From assembly GCA_965214835.1 (NCBI GenBank), contig CBDCCK010000002.1:64001-128000 (forward strand): 64,000 nt of DNA, written 5' to 3'. The notes under the pieces are model-generated. The model saw nothing but the letters and a program-made list of their open reading frames with translations, made no database searches and was not told where the DNA came from. Each line of letters begins with the position of its first letter. The first letter of the stretch is position 1. Below, in pieces: positions 50,637-58,050 of the stretch. The position numbers and the translations under genes were made by a program. Source of the stretch: Nitrosopumilaceae archaeon. Lineage in GTDB: Archaea; Thermoproteota; Nitrososphaeria; Nitrososphaerales; Nitrosopumilaceae.

Positions 50637-50707
50637 AGACGCCCAAAAATCTGGCGTTTCGGGCTTGCGTGAGCCCCTTGCGGGACTGGCCCAATCATCA
50701 GTATGAC
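50632..50707 (-). ncRNA. Type I hammerhead ribozyme
   Basis: GUCAUA CUGAUGA UU GGGC..GCCC GAAAC GCC..GGC GUC/UAUGAC. Confidence 0.9.
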
Positions 50708-50978
50708 CGTTGAGTGAAAGTAAGAAGAAGGAAAAAAGAATGGGAGGGGAGGCCATGAGAGGGCCATCCCCGATCAAAGGTTCGAACGGCTCACCGGTAT
50801 ACCGGTACGGTACGCCCCAGGTTCCGGAGGTAGCATTCATCCTTGAAATCTGCTATGGCTGCCAGCTCATCGGACTTCTCAAGGTCCTCTGCTGCGCCTG
50901 TTTCATAGATGTAATCCATGAGCGTAATGTGGAAATTCTTGTAAAGTGTAAATTGTAAAAAGAAAAAAAAAGGGGGGA

Positions 50979-51533
50979 TCAGTCTCTGCCGAAGAGACTG
51001 TTCCATTGTGCCAGGAGGCGACCAAAGACAGGCCACGAATACCCGTCGTCGTGACAAGGATGCGCGCCATACCTTCCAACGAAGAGATCGGCCCATACCT
51101 CGCTGGCAAAACTCTCACGATTCATGAGTCCATCGGCCATCTCCCGATGGCAGTGCCTCGTGAGCGCAGAGAGGTTCATGCCGTGTTTGATGGCGTGCCC
51201 TATCCACTCGGGATCGCCGGAGCGCGGCAGCAGGTTGGCCTCGTGATGCCCAAGCTCGTGGTAGAGTGTGTTCCTGACACACGCGCCGCAGTGCTGAATG
51301 CCGCAGATGGCAATCTCCATTGAGGAAGGGTCATAGTACCCGTAACAGTCAGGTCTCGAATCTTCCACGTAAAGGAGGCAGACGCCGCGCCTCAGGTACG
51401 ACGGTATGCGAAAATACTCCTCACGGATCATCTCGACTTCGTGGACGTACGGGCGCATCTCCGCGCAGACGGACACTGCCGTCTGTGGTTGCTCGCGGGG
51501 TCGGCTATTGAAGTGGTGAACAGATGTGTTCAT
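50979..51533 (-). CDS. Zinc metallopeptidase-like protein (HExxH), copy 1
   Basis: GYYDP...LYHELGHH...SEVWADLF. Confidence 0.75.
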   Translation of the reverse strand: MNTSVHHFNSRPREQPQTAVSVCAEMRPYVHEVEMIREEYFRIPSYLRRGVCLLYVEDSRPDCYGYYDPSSMEIAICGIQHCGACVRNTLYHELGHHEANLLPRSGDPEWIGHAIKHGMNLSALTRHCHREMADGLMNRESFASEVWADLFVGRYGAHPCHDDGYSWPVFGRLLAQWNSLFGRD

Positions 51534-51601
51534 TGTAATGTGTAACATGGAAAAAATGGGGGATGGGATGCGACAAACAGCCGCATCCGGATGAGGGGAC
51601 T

Positions 51602-51691
51602 TTAGTCCCAGATTTCCCGGTCTTCGGGATCCTCTTCGAACTCGCGGATTATGCGAGGGTAAAAGGGTGTCTTTTTCTTTTTGGAATTCAT
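51602..51691 (-). CDS. 29-aa micro-protein (duplicate at 53411..53500)
   Basis: MNSKKKKTPFYPRIIREFEEDPEDREIWD followed by a hairpin and T-tract. Confidence 0.4.
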   Translation of the reverse strand: MNSKKKKTPFYPRIIREFEEDPEDREIWD

Positions 51692-51817
51692 TACTGAAAT
51701 TTCTGGAATCAGGAAATGCCAAAGTCCTCTGCTGCGCCTGTTTCATAGATGTAATCCATGAGCGTAATGTGGAAATTCTTGTAAAGTGTAAATTGTAAAA
51801 AGAAAAAAAAAGGGGGA

Positions 51818-52375
51818 TCAGTCTCTGCCGAAGAGACTGTTCCATTTGGGGAGCAGGCGCCTGTAGGTGTCCCACGAATAGTGGAAACAGCTCCATCTGG
51901 ATCCGTGCCTTCCAACGAAGAACTCTGCAAAGACTTCCCCTGCGAATGTGTGCGTGTCCATCTCGCCGCGCTCCATCTTCTGATGGCAGAACTCAGTGTA
52001 CCACGAAAGGCTCCTGCCAAACTCAAGGGATGCAGCAGTCCAGTCCGGGTGTGCCCAGAGCTTGTGCGTCTTGGAGCAGTGGTGCCCGAGCTCATGGTAG
52101 ATGAGAGACCTTACGCATCTGCGACAGTGCTGCAATCCACAGACGGTGATCGTCTGATCCGTCCAACAATAGAACCCTCCACCTTCCGGTCTGGGCCCTG
52201 CAATGTGCAGACAGCGGATACCGCGCCTGAGATCAGGGCGGACGCGAAAGTACTCCTTGCGGATTATTCTGACAGCATGCTCATGTACGAGCATTTCCTT
52301 GCTGACAGTGAACTTCGGCGTGTAGCGCTCCGGAGAGCGTCGGCATTTGAAGATGTTTGTAAACATGTTCACCAT
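51818..52375 (-). CDS. Zinc metallopeptidase-like protein (HExxH), divergent paralog
   Basis: GFYCW...IYHELGHH...GEVFAEFF. Confidence 0.75.
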   Translation of the reverse strand: MVNMFTNIFKCRRSPERYTPKFTVSKEMLVHEHAVRIIRKEYFRVRPDLRRGIRCLHIAGPRPEGGGFYCWTDQTITVCGLQHCRRCVRSLIYHELGHHCSKTHKLWAHPDWTAASLEFGRSLSWYTEFCHQKMERGEMDTHTFAGEVFAEFFVGRHGSRWSCFHYSWDTYRRLLPKWNSLFGRD

Positions 52376-52787
52376 AATGTAGAAAAATCGGGGTATCGTA
52401 GTGAGAGGTCTTGAAAAAACCTGTCACTCTGCGTTCTAGACTTTGGATTCGCGGAACCTGCGGCGGCCGGGACACTTCACACCAGCGCCGGTGCCACAGG
52501 GATTGTTGGAGGTTGTGATTCTGGAAAATCCTGAAAAACTGAAAGAAAAAGAATGGGTGGGGAGGACTTGAGGATCCTCCCGGATCGAGGAGCGAATGAC
52601 TCACCGGCTGGCTGGTACGGTACGTCCCAGGTTCCTGAGATAACATTCGTCCTTGAAATCTGCTATGGCTGCCAGCTCATCGGAGGTCTCAAAGTCCTCT
52701 GCTGCGCCTGTTTCATAGATGTAATCCATGAGTGTAATGTGGAAATTCTTGTAAAGTGTAAATTGTAAAAAGAAAAAAAGGGGTGGA

Positions 52788-53342
52788 TCAGTCTCCGCCG
52801 AAGAGACTGTTCCATTGTGCCAGGAGGCGACCAAAGACAGGCCACGAATACCCGTCGTCGTGACAAGGATGCGCGCCATACCTTCCAACGAAGAGCTCGG
52901 CCCATACCTCGCTGGCAAAACTCTCACGATTCATGAGTCCATCGGCCATCTCCCGATGGCAGTGCCTCGTGAGCGCAGAGAGGTTCATGCCGTGTTTGAT
53001 GGCGTGCCCTATCCACTCGGGATCGCCGGAGCGCGGCAGCATGTTGGCCTCGTGATGCCCAAGCTCGTGGTAGAGTGTGTTCCTGACACACGCGCCGCAG
53101 TGCTGAATGCCGCAGATGGCAATCTCCATTGAGGAAGGGTCATAGTACCCGTAACAGTCAGGTCTCGAATCTTCCACGTAAAGGAGGCAGACGCCGCGCC
53201 TCAGGTACGACGGTGTGCGAAAATACTCCTCACGGATCATCTCGACTTCGTGGACGTACGGGCGCATCTCCGCGCAGACGGACACTGCCGTCTGTGGTTG
53301 CTCGCGGGGTCGGCTATTGAAGTGGTGAACAGATGTGTTCAT
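52788..53342 (-). CDS. Zinc metallopeptidase-like protein (HExxH), near-identical duplicate of copy 1
   Basis: Part of an ~850-bp near-identical duplication (about 50884-51725 vs 52693-53535). Confidence 0.75.
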   Translation of the reverse strand: MNTSVHHFNSRPREQPQTAVSVCAEMRPYVHEVEMIREEYFRTPSYLRRGVCLLYVEDSRPDCYGYYDPSSMEIAICGIQHCGACVRNTLYHELGHHEANMLPRSGDPEWIGHAIKHGMNLSALTRHCHREMADGLMNRESFASEVWAELFVGRYGAHPCHDDGYSWPVFGRLLAQWNSLFGGD

Positions 53343-53537
53343 TGTAATGTGTAACATGGAAAAAATGGGGGATGGGATGCGACAAACAGCCGCATCCGGA
53401 TGAGGGGACTTTAGTCCCAGATTTCCCGGTCTTCGGGATCCTCTTCGAACTCGCGGATTATGCGAGGGTAAAAGGGTGTCTTTTTCTTTTTGGAATTCAT
53501 TACTGAAATTTCTGGAATCAGGAAATGCCAAAGTCGG

Positions 53538-55195
53538 CGGAGTTATATGGTGGGATAATTGTACAGGAAATGGTGATGAGGGCTCAGACTGCTCCCTGTC
53601 TTCATTGCATCGCAGTGATGCTCAGAATGAATGGTGTCTCATCATCGCCCTCGTTTGTGTAGCAGAATAATGCGGGAATCTAATCGGCAAAGCAGGTTGG
53701 AGTTATATTACAGAATAATGATTCAGGAAATGGTGATGAGGGCTCAGACAACGCCAGATTCATCATGAATCAGACTGGGGGTGTCTCATCATCGCCCTCG
53801 TTTGTGTAGCAGAATAATGCGGGAATTTTCAAAGTCAGAATGGCTGGAGTTATATGGTGGAGTGTGGTACGAAACATGGTGATGAGGGCTCAGATGTCAC
53901 GGCTTTCTTCATAGCCACGACAGGCTCGGAGATTATTGCTGATCTCGGCCCTTTGTTCTTCATCATCGCCCTCGTTTGTGTAGCAGAATAATGCGGGAAT
54001 TTTCAAAGTCAGAATGGCTGGAGTTATATGGTGGAGTGTGGTACGAAACATGGTGATGAGGGCTCAGACAACGCCAGATTCATCATGAATCAGACTGTGT
54101 GTGTCTCATCATCGCCCTCGTTTGTGTAGCAGAATAATGCGGGAATTTTCAAAGTTGGAATGGCTGGAGTTATATGGTGGAGTGTGGTACGAAACATGGT
54201 GATGAGGGCTCAGACAACGCCAGATTCATCATGAATCAGACTGTTGGTGTCTCATCATCGCCCTCGTTTGTACAGCATAATTTGCAGAAGTTTCTGCTTC
54301 AAAGTTGGCTGGAGTTATATGGTGGAGTGTGGTACGAAACATGGTGATGAGGGCTCAGACTGATCTCTGTCGTCATTGCATCGCAGTGATGCTCAGTATG
54401 AATGGTGTCTCATCATCGCCCTCGTTTGTGTAGCGGAATAATGCGGGAATCTAATCGGCAAAGCAGGTTGGAGTTATATTACAGAATAATGATTCAGGAA
54501 ATGGTGATGAGGGCTCAGATAGGTAGCTGTCTTCATTCACGAAGTCAGAATAACAGGCTGTCATCATCGCCCTCGTCTGTGTAGCGGAACAATACGGGAA
54601 TCTCGGCGGCAAATCAGGTTGGAGTTATATGGTGGGATGATAATTCAGGAAATGGTGATGAGGGCTCAGACTGACTCGACCGTCATTGCATCACAATGAT
54701 GCTCCGGATGAATGGAACTCATCATCGCCCTTGTTTGTGTAGCGGAATAATACGAAAATCAAAAGTTAGAATGGCTGAAGTTATATGGTGGAGTGTGGTA
54801 CGAAACATGGTGATGAGGGCTCAGAATGCTAACTGTCTTCATTCGTGAAGTCAGTATAACAGGCTGTCATCATCGCCCTCGTTTGTGTAGCAGAATAATG
54901 CCGGAATGACCGGGTTGGAGTTATATTGCAGAATGATGATTCGGGAAATGGTGATGAGGGCTCAGACCTATAGCTGTCTTCATTCGTGAAGTCAGAATGA
55001 ATGGAACTCATCATCGCCCTCGTTTGTGTAGCAGAATAATGCGGGAATCTAATCGGCAAAGCAGGTTGGAGTTATATTGTGGAATGATAATTCAGGAAAT
55101 GGTGATGAGGGCTCAGATAGGTAGCTGTCTTCATTCGTGAAGTCAGAATGAATGGAACTCATCATCGCCCTCGTTTGTGCAGCGTAATAATGCCG
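53538..55195 (-). ncRNA. Tandem array of 11 box C/D guide RNA units (53578-53652, 53738-53799, 53884-53973, 54058-54119, 54204-54265, 54349-54423, 54509-54574, 54660-54732, 54815-54880, 54956-55021, 55107-55172)
   Basis: Each unit reads GAGGGC-G-AUGAUGA(C)-guide-CUGA(D')-loop/stem-AUGA(U/A/C)GA(C')-guide-CUGA(D)-GCCCUC, with K-turn geometry and roughly 10-13-nt guides; D' is variant (CCGA, CGGA) in units 3 and 8. Confidence 0.93.
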
Positions 55196-55271
55196 GGATG
55201 GATCTGTATCTCAATCAAGTCGGACAGTCAGTTGCAGGGGGGTATAATGCTCAAAAAATGGCTGGTTTTGC

Positions 55272-55508
55272 CGTCCTCGAATTCGGGGACGCTTGGCGGA
55301 TTTTTCGGCGTTTTTGAAGAGTTGTCTTAAAGATAGAGATTTTTCCTAATGTTGCAGTTCTGTTTTGTTTGGGATTATTCCCGGTTTTTTGTGCCTACCT
55401 CTGGATCTTTTGTATTAAGGACGTTTTGCGGGGGTATACTATCCAGTTTTTGGGGGCGTCCCCGATACCGGGGACGGAGGGGCAAAAGCGTCCCCGAATT
55501 CGGGGACG
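55272..55508. promoter_or_regulatory. Three 20-bp palindromes CGTCCCCGAATTCGGGGACG (55272-55291, 55457-55476, 55489-55508); candidate centromere/operator
   Basis: One perfect and two near-perfect copies directly upstream of the actin-like gene. Confidence 0.7.
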
Positions 55509-55547
55509 CCTTTTTGGCCATTAAATGCAAACCGTGCTGCGGTATGC

Positions 55548-56459
55548 ATGGGAAGAAGCACAGAGTCCACGCCGGCCGGCGGGAAGGCGGCATCTCTAGG
55601 AGGCGCCGACATCGCCGTCGGGCTGGACATCGGGACAGGATCAGTCAAGGTCGCGACCAGAAGGCACCGCTTCAAGTTCCCGTCGGTCGTGGCAAGGGGC
55701 CGGGCAATATCCGTCGACGGCTCGGAGCCCGAGTCCGTGTTTGTCGGGGAGCAGGCAATGCGGCAGGAGCACGTCAGGTCCATGCTGCTCAAGACGCCAG
55801 TATACCGGGGGGTGCCGACTGCGATGGACGACTATATCGAGCTGGTGCGGCACGCCCTCGACCTGGTGATCAGGGCCGACAGGAACACGGTCTGGCACGG
55901 GCCGTCAGGATACTCGGAGATGGCAATAGTGGCAGGCATCCCGTACAACTCGCGGGACAGGGTGGAGGCCATAAAGAAGGCAGTGCAGGCCGAGTTTGCC
56001 CCGCACAGGTTCGGCGTGATGTTCCAGGCCAGGGCAACGCTTGAAAACGAGGGGATGAGGGACGGAATAGTGTGCCATATCGGCCACGGGACGACAGAGA
56101 TGATGGCGGTAATCGGCGGGAACACCGCATACGGGGAGACCGTGCCTCACGGCGTGGGAGACGTCGTCATGGCAGTCACGGGATCCAGGACAGGATACAC
56201 CGACCACTCGGTGTTTGCTTCGGGCTCGCAGCTGCTGGCAGAAAACAGGCGCATACTTGCCGGCCACATAGCCGACAGCCTTGAGAAGATAGTCATAGAC
56301 TATCCGGGGCTGGACGTGGTGTTTGCAGGCGGCGGGGCGCTTGTACCGAAGCTGGTAGGCGAGATACGGGTCAGGACGTCGGGGACTGTCAGGACGGCAG
56401 ACGAGCCGGTGTTTTCAAACGCCCTGGGAATGCTGAAGAAGGCGACGGGGCTGTGCTGA
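55548..56459 (+). CDS. Actin-like ATPase (ParM/StbA/MreB superfamily)
   Basis: GLDIGTGSVK (phosphate 1), HIGHGTTE (phosphate 2), FAGGGA (adenosine), F.NALG. Confidence 0.85.
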   Translation: MGRSTESTPAGGKAASLGGADIAVGLDIGTGSVKVATRRHRFKFPSVVARGRAISVDGSEPESVFVGEQAMRQEHVRSMLLKTPVYRGVPTAMDDYIELVRHALDLVIRADRNTVWHGPSGYSEMAIVAGIPYNSRDRVEAIKKAVQAEFAPHRFGVMFQARATLENEGMRDGIVCHIGHGTTEMMAVIGGNTAYGETVPHGVGDVVMAVTGSRTGYTDHSVFASGSQLLAENRRILAGHIADSLEKIVIDYPGLDVVFAGGGALVPKLVGEIRVRTSGTVRTADEPVFSNALGMLKKATGLC

Positions 56460-56707
56460 CGCCGCGAGACCGCCGGTACCTGGAGTCCCCGGGATCGCTG
56501 TCAGGCGAGGCAAGGAGGAAGGCAAGGTACAGGATGAGGGCTAGGATTGCGGCAGTGATGGATGATGCGCGGCTGCTCATGAGCAATGCCGAGACGGTGA
56601 GGCGGGAGTTTGGAATCGACGTGCGCGGGATCCTGCAGGACGGGGCTGAGGAGGCGCAACAGGAAAAGGAAGCCGTGGAGGCCGGAGGGGATCCGGATCT
56701 GCTGTAG
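56453..56707 (+). CDS. Small basic/acidic protein coupled to the actin-like gene
   Basis: Overlaps the upstream stop; LTPRDRRYL...RYRMRARI. Confidence 0.65.
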   Translation: MLTPRDRRYLESPGSLSGEARRKARYRMRARIAAVMDDARLLMSNAETVRREFGIDVRGILQDGAEEAQQEKEAVEAGGDPDLL

Positions 56708-56720
56708 CGGGGATGCCGGA

Positions 56721-57578
56721 ATGCGGGAAATGACTGCCGGATCCGGGGATCGTGGCGCCGGAGGTGCCAAAAAACTTGAGACGGTAAGGGAGAGGGTAGG
56801 CAGGCCGTATTACGGGGATGACAGGGTGCTGCTGTACAACCTTGACTGCCAGGAGCTGATGCGCAGGATAGGATCACCGGTAGTCGACCTGACGGTGACA
56901 TCCCCGCCGTACAACATCGGAAAGGAGTACGAGCGCGTTCGGAGGCCGGAGGACTATCTTGCGTGGTGCGGCGCATGGATGAGGCAGATCTTCGAGATAA
57001 CGGACGGGCGCGGTGCCTTCTGGCTCAACCTTGGGTACTTTGAGCTGCCGGGGAGGGCAAGGGCGGTCCCCATAAGCTACCTACTGTGGGACAGGACACC
57101 GTTTTACCTGATGCAGGAGATCGTGTGGCACTACAGGGCCGGGGTGTCGGCAAAGAGGCGCTTTGCGCCAAGGAACGAGAAATACCTGTGGTATGTCAAG
57201 AACGGGGACTCGTACACGTTCAATCTGGACGCCGTAAGGGATCCGGACGTGGCGTATCCTAAACAGAAAAAGAACGGCAAGCTAAGGTGCAACCCGCTCG
57301 GGAAGAACCCGACAGACGTGTGGGAGATTCCAAAGGTCACATCAGGCAGAAACAGATCGTCCCCGGAGCGGGCTGAACATCCGGCGCAGTCGCCCCTTGC
57401 CGTCCTTGACAGGATAATAAGGGCCTCAAGCAATATCGGCGACCTTGTCTTTGATCCGTTCGTCGGCTCCGGCAGTACGGTTATCTCATGTGTGGCCAGC
57501 GGCAGGAAGGTGATAGGATGCGATACCAACGCGGGATACCTGGACGTGGCCGTGGAGCGGATCCGGGCTGCGGGCTGA
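56721..57578 (+). CDS. DNA methyltransferase, N4-C/N6-A, beta-type motif order
   Basis: TSPPYN precedes HPAQ and DPFVGSGST. Confidence 0.92.
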   Translation: MREMTAGSGDRGAGGAKKLETVRERVGRPYYGDDRVLLYNLDCQELMRRIGSPVVDLTVTSPPYNIGKEYERVRRPEDYLAWCGAWMRQIFEITDGRGAFWLNLGYFELPGRARAVPISYLLWDRTPFYLMQEIVWHYRAGVSAKRRFAPRNEKYLWYVKNGDSYTFNLDAVRDPDVAYPKQKKNGKLRCNPLGKNPTDVWEIPKVTSGRNRSSPERAEHPAQSPLAVLDRIIRASSNIGDLVFDPFVGSGSTVISCVASGRKVIGCDTNAGYLDVAVERIRAAG

Positions 57579-57939
57579 CTGCCGCCCTCGGGGAATAATG
57601 CGGCATCCGGGCCTGAAACTGCAGGACACGGAACGTCAGGCAGCGCCTGTATCCGGGGCGCCAACCGGATCCACTGCAAGCTCAAAACCGGACTCTTCCA
57701 TGGACGCGGCGATCCTCTTTGAGGTATCCACGCAAAGCATGCACGTCTCGTCGGATATGACGCCGAGCCCCCCTGCGCGACCTTTTTCCATAGACCCGTG
57801 ACGATGGCACGTCATACGGCGGGGCCATCATATCGTCCACGTCGCGATCGCATTTCCGGCTACGGCGGTATCCTGCGCGCCGGGCGGTTCCGGTGCCTAC
57901 GAGCCAGGCCATGTTGCAGATACCCTGAACTCCTTTAGT

Positions 57940-58050
57940 GTAACAGGTCGGGCTCTGGAAGTTCAGGCATGAATTTTACCACCAAAGAGGCCTCCGCAGA
58001 TGTAATTCGTGCCTAAAATCACAAGTCACTTCCAAAGTCCGAGCTGTTAC
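57940..58050. mobile_element. 111-bp MITE with GTAAC termini and 8-bp target duplication (IS66-like ends)
   Basis: GTAACAGGTCGGGCTCTGGAAGT...ACTTCCAAAGTCCGAGCTGTTAC flanked by CCTTTAGT on both sides. Confidence 0.85.

Larger units (their letters stand above)
3999..55510 (-). mobile_element. Large accessory/mobile-element-like gene block (ICE, provirus or plasmid-derived); boundaries approximate
   Basis: ~50 kb of co-oriented, tightly packed small ORFs in paralogous families; DUF932/DUF1281/ParB-like genes; flanked by tRNAs and a ParM-like module. No integrase or att pair seen. Confidence 0.65.

Noticed and set aside
54519-54529. D guide CAGCUACCUAU targeting 23S AAGGUAGC (near 1928-1934)
   Set aside because: Only 7 contiguous pairs with the recalled sequence; too weak to claim
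53538-55195. CRISPR array
   Set aside because: Units are ~140-175 bp with two short variable segments inside C/D boxes; variable parts recur between units; no cas genes seen
53538-55195. TIGR-Tas system
   Set aside because: No Nop-domain protein recognised in the window, units have full canonical C/D and C'/D' boxes, the two guides assort independently and several match rRNA. Not fully excluded if a Nop-domain gene lies elsewhere.
53476-55330. Short ORFs in the array (MVMRAQ..., HYSATQTRAMM...)
   Set aside because: Frames hit stops at different places in different units; conservation follows the RNA boxes, not codons
3999-55510. Definite provirus or conjugative element call
   Set aside because: No recognisable integrase, capsid, terminase, relaxase or VirB4 gene and no att pair in the window
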